Notes: generated by a model not told the origin, from the sequence alone. A DNA stretch of 64,000 nucleotides from a bacterium (GCA_040390065.1 JAZJZE010000005.1:277170-341169); one strand, 5' to 3'; positions 8,342 through 18,482 are shown, counted from the stretch's first letter. Translations and numbers: made by a program.

Positions 8342-10238
8342 ACGCCGGTACAACCGAAATCTCGAGCCCGCGCTTCTCCGCCAACAACAGCGCCTGCCCT
8401 TCGGGCGATTCCGTCTTGAACCGGATCTTCCCGTCCTTCGAAGCAGTCGCCTCGCCGACGACGGCGCCTTCCACTTCCACCCGATAAATCCCCGGCTGGC
8501 CGCCGTTCAGGAACAGGAACACGTTCGTGCTCGTCCGCTTGAGTCGCACGCGCGGGACCGAGTCGGCGCCGCGCCGCGGCCGCTCTTCGTCCACCACGCC
8601 GCCGAGGTAGCGTTCGTCGTTGGATTCGCGGCGACGCGGAGCACGTTCGTCCAGAGCCTTGATCTGCAGCCCAATGCCGAGTTTGTTCTCCAGCATCTGC
8701 ACGGTTCGTCCGCCTTTGCCGATGAGGGCAGGCACTTCGGATTCGCTCACCATGATTGTGGCGGAGTTGCCGCGCACGCGGATCTCCATGGGGCCCTGCA
8801 CGTACTTTCGTAACATCGACGCTAGCTGCTTCTCTGCGAGTTGGCTGGCGGGGTCGCGCGTCGTGCCGATCTGGTCGAGGGGCATGACGACGACTTGCTC
8901 GCCGTACGTGTACAACTCGTAGACCGGCTTGCCGCCTTCCATCACGTCCTTGACGACGACGACGGGGCGCGCAAGGTCGGCGTCCTGCATGCCGGACGGG
9001 ACCTTGACCGTGAATTCGAGTTCGAGGACTTGGGCAATCCTGCCGGCCTCGACGAACAGGACGGTGTCGACGACTTGGGGAATCATGCCGAGTTCGACGC
9101 GGCCAATGAGACGCTGAACCGCGTCGATGGCGCGGTTGGCGTGCGTGACCCCGATGAGGCCGACACCGGCGAGGCGCATGTCGGCGAAGGTGCGGAAGTC
9201 CTCCGTCGTGCGGACCTCGTCGTAGATGACGTTGTCCGGGCGAACGAGCAGGATGACGTCGCCGGTCCACTTCATGTCGCGGTCGAGGGCGCCGTACTGT
9301 GTCACTTCCTTGGGGACTTGCAGGTCGCGCGGCTGCTCCATGGTCTTCACGACGCGGTGCAGGCTGTGCAAATGCTCGGCGACGGCTGCTGCGAAGGTGG
9401 ACTTGCCCGAGCCCGGCGGACCTGCCACGAAGACGCCGCGGCTGTGACCCTCCAGGCGCTCCATGAGAATCGGTTCGAGTTTGTAGTCCGAGATGTGCTT
9501 CTTCGTGATGGGCCGCACCGCGGTGATCTCGAGCCCGTCGGCAAAGGGCGGCTGCGCGATTGTGATGCGCAGGGGGCCAAGTTGGATGACGGTGCAGCCG
9601 TGCTTCTCCATCTCGATGAAGGAGTTGTAGTCGCGCTTGGCGAACTCGATGCACTCCTTCGCCATGGCGCGCAGTTCCGCGTGGCCCGAATCTCGCGTCG
9701 TGGCACTGAAGGGCTCGTACCGGACGGCGCCGGGCTGGCCGCGCTTGACCATCGGCTTGCAGTCGGACTTGAGGTGGACACTCATCGTCTGCGCGTCGAA
9801 GAAGGACCAGAGTTTGAGGCCCGTGAGGTCGATGTCCTTCACGACGGGCCGGATGTAGTGGTGCCGGATTCCTTGGGCAGCGGCGGCGTGGGCCTGCACG
9901 CGGTCGCTCGTCACGAAGATGGCCTTCTGCGCCACGGCGACGTCGCGGATCCTCGCATCGATGGCGCCGCTGCGGGCTTGGCCGATCTCGTCGCGGTGCG
10001 GGCGCTCGCCGACGAATTCGACGGTGATCTGGCCGGCGGCCGCGAGCTTCTGCAGGCTGGCCAGTTCGTCGAGCCCGGCGACGCCCGTCTCGAGCCCACG
10101 GTTGGCCTGGGCTTCCAGCTCGGCGATTGCCGCCAGCGGCACGACGACGCGCGCCTTGGGGAATTCGCCGGATGCCAAGAGTTCCGTGATGCGCCCGTCG
10201 ACCAGGACGGACGTGTCGGGAACCAGGGTTTCGCTCAC
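8340..10238 (-). CDS. PINc/VapC-family ATPase with KH domain (PINA, Holliday junction branch-migration ATPase)
   Basis: N-terminal PIN (VPDTSVLVDG, ELEAQANRG), Walker A GPPGSGKST, DEVRTTEDF, DMRLAGVG, KH LIGKGG; GTG start assumed. Confidence 0.9.
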   Translation of the reverse strand: MSETLVPDTSVLVDGRITELLASGEFPKARVVVPLAAIAELEAQANRGLETGVAGLDELASLQKLAAAGQITVEFVGERPHRDEIGQARSGAIDARIRDVAVAQKAIFVTSDRVQAHAAAAQGIRHHYIRPVVKDIDLTGLKLWSFFDAQTMSVHLKSDCKPMVKRGQPGAVRYEPFSATTRDSGHAELRAMAKECIEFAKRDYNSFIEMEKHGCTVIQLGPLRITIAQPPFADGLEITAVRPITKKHISDYKLEPILMERLEGHSRGVFVAGPPGSGKSTFAAAVAEHLHSLHRVVKTMEQPRDLQVPKEVTQYGALDRDMKWTGDVILLVRPDNVIYDEVRTTEDFRTFADMRLAGVGLIGVTHANRAIDAVQRLIGRVELGMIPQVVDTVLFVEAGRIAQVLELEFTVKVPSGMQDADLARPVVVVKDVMEGGKPVYELYTYGEQVVVMPLDQIGTTRDPASQLAEKQLASMLRKYVQGPMEIRVRGNSATIMVSESEVPALIGKGGRTVQMLENKLGIGLQIKALDERAPRRRESNDERYLGGVVDEERPRRGADSVPRVRLKRTSTNVFLFLNGGQPGIYRVEVEGAVVGEATASKDGKIRFKTESPEGQALLLAEKRGLEISVVPA

Positions 10239-10339
10239 AGGGCCAAGAGTGGGCCAGGAGGGATAACGGTGATGATTCCCGAAGGGGGGTTTCCTGTGGA
10301 GGAAATGCGGCGGCCAATCCGGCTTCGGCGGGCCGTTGC

Positions 10340-10603
10340 CTACGGCCGCGGCACGACGCAGACGGAGTACGGGCCGGCAATGGTGTCGTACACGGCGAGG
10401 ACCAGGCAATCGGGGTCGTAGGCCTGGACGCATGCGGCAACACCGACGTCCGCTCCCGGCGTCTCGATGACGCAGACGGTGCCGTGTTCAGGGTCCGCGA
10501 CGACGCGGGGCAAATAGGGGGACCCGGCCGAGGCCACGGGCGCACAAGCGGCGACAGCCAGGAGGGTCGTGAGCATGGCGGCGGAAACGAGCATCGTGCG
10601 CAT
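10340..10603 (-). CDS. Small secreted Cys-containing protein
   Basis: Signal peptide ending PVASA; ~60 aa mature region with 4 Cys. Confidence 0.55.
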   Translation of the reverse strand: MRTMLVSAAMLTTLLAVAACAPVASAGSPYLPRVVADPEHGTVCVIETPGADVGVAACVQAYDPDCLVLAVYDTIAGPYSVCVVPRP

Positions 10604-10694
10604 CAAGGCACCAGCCGCGTCATTGGCCCATCCCACTTCAGCGTTGCGTGGCCACGGGCCGAGCCTCCCGTTGCCGTCACCCGGCGGCTTTTTC

Positions 10695-11624
10695 CTATGC
10701 CTCGGGCGAGGGGGAGGCCGCTGGTTGGCGACGCGCCTTGGACCAGACGATCAGCACGACGGCGCCGACGATGAGCACCGAGGCGGCCAGGGTGATGGCG
10801 GTGACGGGCTCGTGGCCGGCGATGCTGCCGACGGCCACGGCAACCGCCGGATTGACGAATGCGTACGTCGTGGCCACGGCCGGGCTGGTCGAGCGCAGCA
10901 GCCACAAGTAGCAGCCGAGGGCGACGACCGAGCCGAAGACGCTGAGGTAGAGCACCCACAGCCAGGCCGACAGCGGCACGAGCGAGGGGTGGAAGCCTAC
11001 AGGTTCGCCCAGCGCGGCGCTCCCCAGGGCCAGTAGCGCACCGCCCGCCAACATCTGCATCGCCAAGTCCTGCCACGCCGACGTCGGTCGTCCCGGACGC
11101 CGCGCGAGGATCGAACCCAACGCCCAGCAGAGCGAGCCCACCATGATGATGCCGAAGAACAACGGCTCGACGCCGCCTGTCCACCCTTCGCCCTGCCGCG
11201 ACAGGACGCCCACACCGGCCAGCCCAAGGGCGAGGCCCGCGACGACGAAGGCGTTTGGCGGGCGGTGCTCAAGCCCCCATTCCCACACCGCCGTCCAGAG
11301 CGGCACCATGGCGACCAGCAAGGCGGCAATCCCGGAGGGCATGCGGGTCTCGACGAGGGATACTGTGCCGTTGCCGACCGCAAGCATGAGGCCGCCGACG
11401 AGGAAGGCGCGCCGCCACTGGGCCTGGGTGGGGCGTCCCGCCTTGCGCCGCGTCCACGCATACAGGATTGCGCCGGGCGCAAGGAATCGCAAGGACGCCA
11501 TCAGCAGGGGCGGGATGGAGGCGACGGCTTCCCGAATGCCGAAGTACGTCGTTCCCCAGATGACGTAGAGCGCGCCCAAGGCGAGCACGATTCCCGTGCG
11601 CCGCCGTGCCGCGTCGTCCGCCAC
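10695..11624 (-). CDS. EamA/DMT family transporter (YedA-like)
   Basis: YVIWGTTYFGI, PSGIAALLVA.VPLW, TYAFVNPAVAV; about 10 TM helices. Confidence 0.9.
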   Translation of the reverse strand: MADDAARRRTGIVLALGALYVIWGTTYFGIREAVASIPPLLMASLRFLAPGAILYAWTRRKAGRPTQAQWRRAFLVGGLMLAVGNGTVSLVETRMPSGIAALLVAMVPLWTAVWEWGLEHRPPNAFVVAGLALGLAGVGVLSRQGEGWTGGVEPLFFGIIMVGSLCWALGSILARRPGRPTSAWQDLAMQMLAGGALLALGSAALGEPVGFHPSLVPLSAWLWVLYLSVFGSVVALGCYLWLLRSTSPAVATTYAFVNPAVAVAVGSIAGHEPVTAITLAASVLIVGAVVLIVWSKARRQPAASPSPEA

Positions 11625-11681
11625 GGGTCGCGGCAGGCGGGCCCGTCTCAAGAAGCCGACCCGGCACAGGTGCAATCCCGG

Positions 11682-12515
11682 TCAGTCCGCTGCGCCGTCC
11701 CAGACCTTGATGCCGATCTCGCCGCACCAGGCAAGCACGCGCGACCGCTGCGGCCCCTTCAGCCCTTTCTTGTGCACGTGGACGGCATCGCACCCGGGCG
11801 TGGCTGCGATGGCCTTGGCAAGAACGTCGCGTGTTGCGTCCTCGGGCAAGGCGTGGGCGGGGACGAGGTGGCCGAAATCGGCGCGGCCCGCGAGGGCGAT
11901 GTCCGTCTGGCGCGGCGCGTAGTGTCCGCCGCCGACGCCGACCAGTACGGGACCAGTCGACTTCCCCTCGCCACGCAGGACATCCTGGATGGCTCCCGCC
12001 ACGGCCTCGGCGCCCTTGCGGTCGGTGTACCAGGCCTCGTCGGAGCCAATCTCGACGAACAGCGTCGGCAGCGACATGAGGGGACCGTGGTGCGTGGCCT
12101 CATACGTCACGGAGTGCGGCAGGCCGGCGGCGTCGCGGTGGTGGCGCAGGCGCCGCAGGAGCGCTCCCATGTCGCGGGCGGCGGCCGGGCTTGGCGTGTG
12201 CGCGCGGCCACCGAACTTGGCTTCGCCATGGTTGCCAATGGGATGGACCGTCAGGCTTGGGTGACCGGACTCGGCGCGGTGCTTCGACAAGAACCAGACG
12301 TCGCGCAACGGCAAGCCGAGGGCGTGCAAGTCGCCGTCGAGCGCCTCGTCATGGATGCTCGGGCCCTCGACTTCAAGCAGGATCGCTTCGCTTTGCGACC
12401 ACACCGCATGGCCGCGGAAGGTGCGGTTCGTGCGCTCCCAGTCTCCTTGCTCGAGCAAGCGGTCGCGCAGGTTGACGCTCGCGGGGTCGACCCGGCTGCA
12501 TACGAGCACGCGCAC
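11682..12515 (-). CDS. dtdA: D-aminoacyl-tRNA deacylase (archaeal/plant DTD2)
   Basis: DPASVN, FLSKH, SLTVHPIGN, YEATHHGP, FVEIGS, GGGHYAP motifs; start uncertain. Confidence 0.9.
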   Translation of the reverse strand: MRVLVCSRVDPASVNLRDRLLEQGDWERTNRTFRGHAVWSQSEAILLEVEGPSIHDEALDGDLHALGLPLRDVWFLSKHRAESGHPSLTVHPIGNHGEAKFGGRAHTPSPAAARDMGALLRRLRHHRDAAGLPHSVTYEATHHGPLMSLPTLFVEIGSDEAWYTDRKGAEAVAGAIQDVLRGEGKSTGPVLVGVGGGHYAPRQTDIALAGRADFGHLVPAHALPEDATRDVLAKAIAATPGCDAVHVHKKGLKGPQRSRVLAWCGEIGIKVWDGAAD

Positions 12516-12568
12516 AGCCCTCGCGAGCACAGTCGGCTCAAAAGGGACGCGGCCGGCGCCGGACACAC

Positions 12569-12574
12569 TTTAAA
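12569..12574 (+). promoter_or_regulatory. TATA box (TTTAAA) between divergent dtdA and the HhH-protein gene
   Basis: TTTAAA lies 21 nt upstream of ATG 12596. Confidence 0.55.
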
Positions 12575-12595
12575 TGAGGGGTCTCATGGCGCCAC

Positions 12596-14014
12596 ATGGC
12601 CAAGAAAGTCGTCGACGACGCCTTGACGGCGGAAGTCGTTGCGCAGGAAGACGTGCCGTTCACGGAGCATGAGGCGCCGGTCGAGACGGTCGAGCACGCG
12701 CCGCTGGAACTCGTCACCGATCCCGGCATGAAGAAGGTCATCGTCTTCGCCGCCGACGAGGCCGTGCCGCAGGACGACACGCCGGCCGAGGAGCCGATGC
12801 AAGTGGTCAGCAGCCACCGGGGTGCACCCGCGGGTCCCAGCGACAGTCTCTATTCCATCCATGCCGGCGTCGACAGCCTCGGCCCCGACCCGTCTTTCCC
12901 CGGTCGCCCGCGCGGCGCCAACCTTGCGCCGATCCCCTTCCGCACCAGCCGCACCGTGTACCGCACCGAATCCGGATCCGAAGTGCGCTCGTACGAGTCC
13001 GGCTCGCGCCGCAACCTGACACTCGCCAATGCCTCCGGCGAGGAGGTTGCGTTCCGCAGCGAGATGGTCGACCAAGTCGTCGGCACTCCGGCGCAGCCCG
13101 AGACGACGGCCCCCCAAGTCATCGAGGTCGCCCCCCAGGAGGAGAAGGCGCGCCGCCGCTTCGGTTTTTTCGGACGACGAAAGCCGAAGCCTGAGTTCCA
13201 CGCTGACGGGAAGGGCGACCCCTCCATCTCGCACGTCTACCAGACCGCCGTCATCGGCGAGCCGGAACCTGCGCCGGCCGCTGCGCCCGAACCTGCGGCC
13301 ACCGCATGGGACCCTGGCCAGGGCGGCGTCGTCTTCCACGACACGCCAGTGCGCGTCGAAGTGAAGGAAGAGACCTGGAAGGCGCCGCGCCCGGCGGCCC
13401 GCCGACCAGCACGCCCCGCTCGCAAGGCCCGCAAGGCAGCCAAGCCCGCTCGCAAGGTTCGCAAGGCCGCAAAGCCGCGCAAGCCGAAGACCGTGCTCGC
13501 CTACGCCGGCGACAACCATCCGATCATCGACATCGAGGGCATCGGCCCGACCTATGCCAAGCGCCTGGAGAAGGCCGGCATCGCCACGACGGGCCAGCTC
13601 GCCGTCGCCAAGGCAGGGAAGGTCGCCAAGACGGTCAAGGCTCCGAAGAAGACCGTCAAGGGCTGGCAGGCCCAGGCGGACCTCCTCAAGGTCAAAGGTG
13701 TCGGCCCGCAGTACGCAGAAGCCATGGCGCGCGCCGGCATCCGCGGCATCGACGACCTCAAGAGCAAGCCGGCGGACAAGATGGCCAAGACGGTCACGAA
13801 GTACCTCGACTCGCTCGACGTCAACGTCGTCGGCCAGCCCGTCACCGCGAAGCGCATGGCGAAGTGGAAGCGCACGGCCTCCCACATGCGGAAGGTCAAG
13901 GTGGACAAGGCCAAGCTCGCCGTTCCCGACCACGGCATCCCGCCACCCTGGCTGCGCGACAAGGGCAAGGGCGCGAAGAAGGCCGCGAAGAAAGCGGGCC
14001 GCAAGAAGCGATAA
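12596..14014 (+). CDS. Helix-hairpin-helix (DUF4332-like) protein with acidic N-terminus and Lys/Ala/Arg/Pro-rich segments
   Basis: IIDIEGIGPTYAKRLEKAGI and ADLLKVKGVGPQYAEAMARAGI HhH pair; ARKARKAAKPARKVRKAAKP repeat. Confidence 0.75.
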   Translation: MAKKVVDDALTAEVVAQEDVPFTEHEAPVETVEHAPLELVTDPGMKKVIVFAADEAVPQDDTPAEEPMQVVSSHRGAPAGPSDSLYSIHAGVDSLGPDPSFPGRPRGANLAPIPFRTSRTVYRTESGSEVRSYESGSRRNLTLANASGEEVAFRSEMVDQVVGTPAQPETTAPQVIEVAPQEEKARRRFGFFGRRKPKPEFHADGKGDPSISHVYQTAVIGEPEPAPAAAPEPAATAWDPGQGGVVFHDTPVRVEVKEETWKAPRPAARRPARPARKARKAAKPARKVRKAAKPRKPKTVLAYAGDNHPIIDIEGIGPTYAKRLEKAGIATTGQLAVAKAGKVAKTVKAPKKTVKGWQAQADLLKVKGVGPQYAEAMARAGIRGIDDLKSKPADKMAKTVTKYLDSLDVNVVGQPVTAKRMAKWKRTASHMRKVKVDKAKLAVPDHGIPPPWLRDKGKGAKKAAKKAGRKKR

Positions 14015-14065
14015 GCGCGGCCCGCTCGAGCCGGCCACCACCCCAATCTTCTAAGGGGAGAAGGT

Positions 14066-15868
14066 GTGGGCACAACTGTGCTGGAAGTCAGGGCCACCGA
14101 TGGCCGGGGCCGCTTGGGCGACTGGATGCCCGACGGCAAGGGAGGCCGCTCGGCCGCGTTTCCTGGACTCATCGTCCCCGACACGTCGCTCGCCGCGGCG
14201 CCAGCCTGGGCGACGGCCACCCTGACCCTGCGCGCTCGCAAGGATCCGGGGCGCATCGAGCTCCTGTCCGGCGGCACGTGGTTCTACCCCAACGCGGCGA
14301 CCGACGGCCTCGTCGTCCCGGCCATCATTCCGGCACCTACGACGACGGTGCAAACCATCCAAGTGGGCACCGACCTCGCGGTGTTGCACGACGCTGCGGG
14401 CTGGGCATCCAACCCCAAGAACCTCGTCCCTGCCCTCATCCAATCACGCCGCGAGGCCACACCGGCCCGCCTCCTATGGGCGCCCGGCCTCGGCACGCCG
14501 GAGGACTACGCGCTGTGGGTCTACCTTGGCGTCGAGCTCTTCGATGCCAGCCCGCTCCTGCTTGCTGGTGCGCGCGGCCAAGTCCTGACGACGGACGGCA
14601 CACTGGCCGTGGCCGACGCGCAGCGCATCCTCGGCGACGGCACGGCGTGGGACCAGACGCGCATCGTGGCGCACAACTTCGAAGCGGCGCGCCAGGAGCT
14701 CGAACGCATCCGCGACGCCATCGCGACGGGCACGCTGCGCGCCCTTGTCGAACGCCGCATCTACTCCAAGGCCGCCTCCGTCGAGGTCCTGCGCCGCTTC
14801 GACCGTGACCACACCTACTTGGAAGCCGCAGCACCGCGCCACCGCACGACGCCGCTGCCGGCCATGACGATGGATTCGCTGTCGATGCCGGAGGTCGAGG
14901 CGTTCCGCCGCCGCCTGCGGACGACGTACCAGCCGCCGCGCAGCGCCAAGATCCTCGTCCTCTTGCCGTGCAGCCAGCGCAAACCGTACAAGACCAGCCG
15001 CAGCCACCGGCAGTTCGCCCGCGTCCTCGACGAGTCCGGTATCCGCGGCCTCCTGCACGAGGTCATGGTGACGTCGCCGCTTGGGCTCGTCCCGCGCGAA
15101 CTCGAGGAAGTCTATCCGGCAAACCAGTACGACATCCCCGTGACGGGGCACTGGACGCGCGACGAGGAGGCCATCGTCAAGGAGCAACTCGCGGCCCTCC
15201 TGTCGGCACACGACTACGACCACGTCGTCGTGCACTGCGGCCAGGCCACGTTCGACATCCTTCGACACCTGCTGCCCGAGCACACGCGGCACACCTGCCT
15301 GCACCACCCGACGAGCCAAGAGGACCTCGCGCGCCTGGCCGCAGAACTCGCCCGCATCAAGCGCGAGGTAGGTGGCGTCGATTCGTGGTCCGCCGGAAAG
15401 GCCCGCAAGCTCGAGGACCTACGCGCACTCGCAACCTTCCAGTTCAACGCCGCCGTCGCGGACGAACTGCTCGACGGAGCCGTGGCCCATGGCCGCATGC
15501 CCTTTGTCAAATTGGAACGCCACGGCTTGCAAGTCGGCATGACGACGCCGGACCGCGGCGTGCTGTCGCTGACACTGGACGGGGCGCAGGTGCTGGCGAT
15601 GCACAAGACGCACCGCGTCAACATCGGCGACTTCCGCCCGAAGGGCACGTCGAGCCTGTTTGCCATCGGCGTCGAATCCGCCGACCCGGACATCCGCGTC
15701 GGCGACGAGGTCGTGGTCGTCCACAACGACGAGGTCCGCGCCTGCGGCGTCGCCACCATGTCGTCCGAGGAGATGGCCCACATGGAACGCGGCATCGCCG
15801 TCGTCCTGCGCCACACCGCCACGCCCGTCAAAGCCGACAAGCCCGCCACTCAGGAGGTCGCCGCATGA
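14066..15868 (+). CDS. arcS: Archaeosine synthase alpha subunit with C-terminal PUA domain
   Basis: LLPCSQRKPYKTSRSH, VTSPLGLVPRELE, YDIPVTGHW; PUA ADPDIRVGDEVVV. Confidence 0.85.
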   Translation: MGTTVLEVRATDGRGRLGDWMPDGKGGRSAAFPGLIVPDTSLAAAPAWATATLTLRARKDPGRIELLSGGTWFYPNAATDGLVVPAIIPAPTTTVQTIQVGTDLAVLHDAAGWASNPKNLVPALIQSRREATPARLLWAPGLGTPEDYALWVYLGVELFDASPLLLAGARGQVLTTDGTLAVADAQRILGDGTAWDQTRIVAHNFEAARQELERIRDAIATGTLRALVERRIYSKAASVEVLRRFDRDHTYLEAAAPRHRTTPLPAMTMDSLSMPEVEAFRRRLRTTYQPPRSAKILVLLPCSQRKPYKTSRSHRQFARVLDESGIRGLLHEVMVTSPLGLVPRELEEVYPANQYDIPVTGHWTRDEEAIVKEQLAALLSAHDYDHVVVHCGQATFDILRHLLPEHTRHTCLHHPTSQEDLARLAAELARIKREVGGVDSWSAGKARKLEDLRALATFQFNAAVADELLDGAVAHGRMPFVKLERHGLQVGMTTPDRGVLSLTLDGAQVLAMHKTHRVNIGDFRPKGTSSLFAIGVESADPDIRVGDEVVVVHNDEVRACGVATMSSEEMAHMERGIAVVLRHTATPVKADKPATQEVAA

Positions 15869-17022
15869 GCCTGCGGGTCACGACGACGACGCAGGCGGAG
15901 GCGGACAAGGCGGCCGCGGCGATGCAGGTCGAGCCAGCGGCCTTGAAGGTCATCGACTACAACGTCGTCAACAAGGACCTGAACGCCGAGGCGCGCGCCC
16001 TGCGTTCCCGCATCGCCATGCGTTGGGACCCCGGCGACCTCACCGAGTACACGAAGTGTTGGTCCGAGGAGGACATCCTGGACAACCGGCCGTGCAAGGC
16101 GTTCGTCGTGATTCTGAAGACCCGGGGCTGCACCTGGGCCCTGGCCGGGGGCTGCACGATGTGCGGCTACGCCAACGATTCCGCGTGGACGAAGGTCAGC
16201 GAGGAGCAGCTCGTCGCGCAGTTCAAGCGAGCATGGACGCGCTACGCTGGCGAGGAGCTCGTCAAGATCTACACCTCCGGCTCCTTCCTCGACCGCTTCG
16301 AGGTCATGCCCGGCGCGCAGAAGGCCATCCTCTCCACCATCGGCAAGGCCGCGAAGAAAGTCGCATTCGAGTCGCTGCCGAACTTCGTCCAGGACGACAC
16401 GTTCGCCCAACTCGACGGCATCTGCGAAAAACTGGAAGTCGGCATCGGCGTCGAGTCGTCCAACTTCCGTGTCCTCAAGGATTCCGTCAACAAGGGGCAC
16501 GACTTCGAGGCGTTCCCGCGCGCCGCCGCCGTCTGCAAGCGCCACGGCGTCTCGGTCAAGGCGTACCTCATGTGCAAGCCGCCGTTCCTGAAGGAATCCG
16601 ACGCGCTTGCGGACTCCACGGCAACCATCATCGCGGCGGCGCCGTACAGCCAGATGGTCAGCCTCAACCCCACGAACGTGCAGGGCAACACCATCGTCGA
16701 CGCGCTCTACAAGAAGGGCTCGTACCGACCGCCGTGGCTGTGGACCATCGTCAAGTCACTGCTTGACGGACGCACCGTCGCCGAAGCCGCCGGATTCGCG
16801 GGCATGCTCAAGTCCGATGTCATCGCTGCCGGCCAGGACCGCGGCGCCCACAACTGCGGCAAGTGCGACGAGGACGTCGCCGGCTACCTGAAGAAGTACA
16901 AGGCGACGCAGGACAAGCGATTCTTGCAACAGTGCCTCGACAGCGTGCAGTGCTCCTGCCGCACGGAGTGGCAGTTGACGCTGGAGTTGGGGCCGCTCAT
17001 TCCGGCGTACGCCAAGTTGTGA
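15865..17022 (+). CDS. Archaeosine biosynthesis radical SAM protein RaSEA
   Basis: ILKTRGCTWALAGGCTMCGY, KIYTSGSFLD, YRPPWLW, RGAHNCGKCD; ATGA overlap with arcS. Confidence 0.9.
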   Translation: MSLRVTTTTQAEADKAAAAMQVEPAALKVIDYNVVNKDLNAEARALRSRIAMRWDPGDLTEYTKCWSEEDILDNRPCKAFVVILKTRGCTWALAGGCTMCGYANDSAWTKVSEEQLVAQFKRAWTRYAGEELVKIYTSGSFLDRFEVMPGAQKAILSTIGKAAKKVAFESLPNFVQDDTFAQLDGICEKLEVGIGVESSNFRVLKDSVNKGHDFEAFPRAAAVCKRHGVSVKAYLMCKPPFLKESDALADSTATIIAAAPYSQMVSLNPTNVQGNTIVDALYKKGSYRPPWLWTIVKSLLDGRTVAEAAGFAGMLKSDVIAAGQDRGAHNCGKCDEDVAGYLKKYKATQDKRFLQQCLDSVQCSCRTEWQLTLELGPLIPAYAKL

Positions 17023-17073
17023 TTTCCCCAACCATCGCCATACCTCCTTGAACGAAGGAGTGTTGACACGGCC

Positions 17074-17487
17074 GTGAAGCCAGCACTCCTTGCGGCGGTC
17101 GTGACGTGTCTGCTTGTCCCGGGCTGCAGCGGGAACTCCCGGCTAGATCCTGACCTGCGATGCGCTGGCCACGAGATTCCTGGCGTGGACCAGGTCGTGG
17201 TCGAGATTCAGACGAGTCTTGACCGGCGCGTGGACATGTACGGCCAGAGCATCTTCAACGGGCGCCTACGCACCGACCAGGAGAAGACCCAGTCGGGACG
17301 CGAGCTTGCATTTTCACCCGACGCTTGCGCTGCGCTTGCCGTCCCTGACCATGGCCACTACACCGTCGAGGCCGATACGGGCGGTTACGAGATGTGCTTC
17401 TGGATGGGGGAGCAGGGCTTCGCCTTCAACGGCGGCACGCAGTACGTCGTGCTACAACTGAACCACACAATCATGTGCCACGGTTGA
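17074..17487 (+). CDS. Hypothetical lipoprotein
   Basis: GTG start, LLVPGC lipobox; several further Cys residues. Confidence 0.6.
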   Translation: MKPALLAAVVTCLLVPGCSGNSRLDPDLRCAGHEIPGVDQVVVEIQTSLDRRVDMYGQSIFNGRLRTDQEKTQSGRELAFSPDACAALAVPDHGHYTVEADTGGYEMCFWMGEQGFAFNGGTQYVVLQLNHTIMCHG

Positions 17488-17576
17488 CTGAGGCGACCCC
17501 GCGACGGCCAACAACTGTCCGAATTCACTCGCCGCACCATGGACTCCAAGGCAGCCCCCGCTTTCCCTCGTCCGAG

Positions 17577-17593
17577 GTGTTAAGAATCAACAC
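17577..17593 (+). promoter_or_regulatory. Candidate HicB operator overlapping the promoter
   Basis: GTGTT-N7-AACAC inverted repeat containing TTAAG, 25 nt upstream of the hicB ATG. Confidence 0.45.
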
Positions 17594-17609
17594 ATCACAT
17601 GCAAGCACC

Positions 17610-17816
17610 ATGGACTTCCTGGTCGTCTTGGAGAAGGACGAGGACAGCGGCGATTTCGTCGCGGACGTCCCCGAACTCCCGGGATGCCACACCCAAGGAC
17701 GGAACAAGAAGGAAGCCCTGGCCAACATCCGTGAGGCCATCGAATTGTACCTGGAAGTCAAGGGCGCGCCAACGCGGCGCGAGGTCACCATCGAACACGT
17801 GACCGTCGAAGCCTAG
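17610..17816 (+). CDS. hicB: HicB-family antitoxin
   Basis: MDFLVVLEKDEDSGDFVADVPELPGCHTQG...EALANIREAIELYLE. Confidence 0.9.
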   Translation: MDFLVVLEKDEDSGDFVADVPELPGCHTQGRNKKEALANIREAIELYLEVKGAPTRREVTIEHVTVEA

Positions 17817-17817
17817 G

Positions 17818-18042
17818 ATGCCCATGGTCCCCAAGATTCCTGCGTTGCCCTACCGCAAGGTCCACCGCATCCTCCACCGGGCAGGATTCCGCCCGATTCG
17901 CCAACGGGGAAGCCACATCTTCTACGAGCATCCGGACGGCCGGTCGACCGAAGTTCCGCGCCATGCGCGCGACATCAACGCAAGCCTCGTCAAGAAGATC
18001 CTGGAGGACGCGAAACTGGATCCCGCCGCGTTCCGCCGCTGA
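17818..18042 (+). CDS. hicA: HicA-family toxin (mRNase)
   Basis: GFRPIRQRGSHIFYEHPDGRSTEVPRH: GSH catalytic motif. Confidence 0.9.
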   Translation: MPMVPKIPALPYRKVHRILHRAGFRPIRQRGSHIFYEHPDGRSTEVPRHARDINASLVKKILEDAKLDPAAFRR

Positions 18043-18054
18043 CAAGTCGCGAAA

Positions 18055-18423
18055 TCAATCAATCGTGATCCCCACGAACGGCTCGTTGCCGATGACCCAA
18101 ACCTCGTGGCCAGGCGGGATGACCTGTGCCTGTCCGGGCTCCAGCACCATCTCCGCGCCATCGCGCATCTGCACGCCAAGCCGGCCAGACACTTGGTAGG
18201 AGAAGTGCGTTCCCGGACAGCGGTCGACGCCCATGATAGGACCCATGTCCTTGCTCCACCGGAACCCCGGCAGGAACGTGAACCGCGTGAAGGTCTTGCC
18301 CTGCAAGCGCGTGATCTCGACCTTGCAGTGCGGGGCGTTCTTCGTCTCGTCAGGCTTGTCCATGGCCCGGGCTTCCAATCGGAGCGCCGTGGCCGTCCCT
18401 GCGGTTGCCTTGGGCGTTGTCAT
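18055..18423 (-). CDS. Cupin-domain protein
   Basis: PGFRWS...C.GTHFSYQVSG...IPPGHEVWVIG; start could be 18483. Confidence 0.8.
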   Translation of the reverse strand: MTTPKATAGTATALRLEARAMDKPDETKNAPHCKVEITRLQGKTFTRFTFLPGFRWSKDMGPIMGVDRCPGTHFSYQVSGRLGVQMRDGAEMVLEPGQAQVIPPGHEVWVIGNEPFVGITID

Positions 18424-18482
18424 GCAGTCCCTCGCCACAGGATGGATTTCCAGCGTATCAAGGCTCGCCCGCGGAGCCGTCA

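Noticed and set aside
14066-17022. arcS-RaSEA pair as a novel system
   Set aside because: This is the established archaeosine pathway; adjacency is expected.
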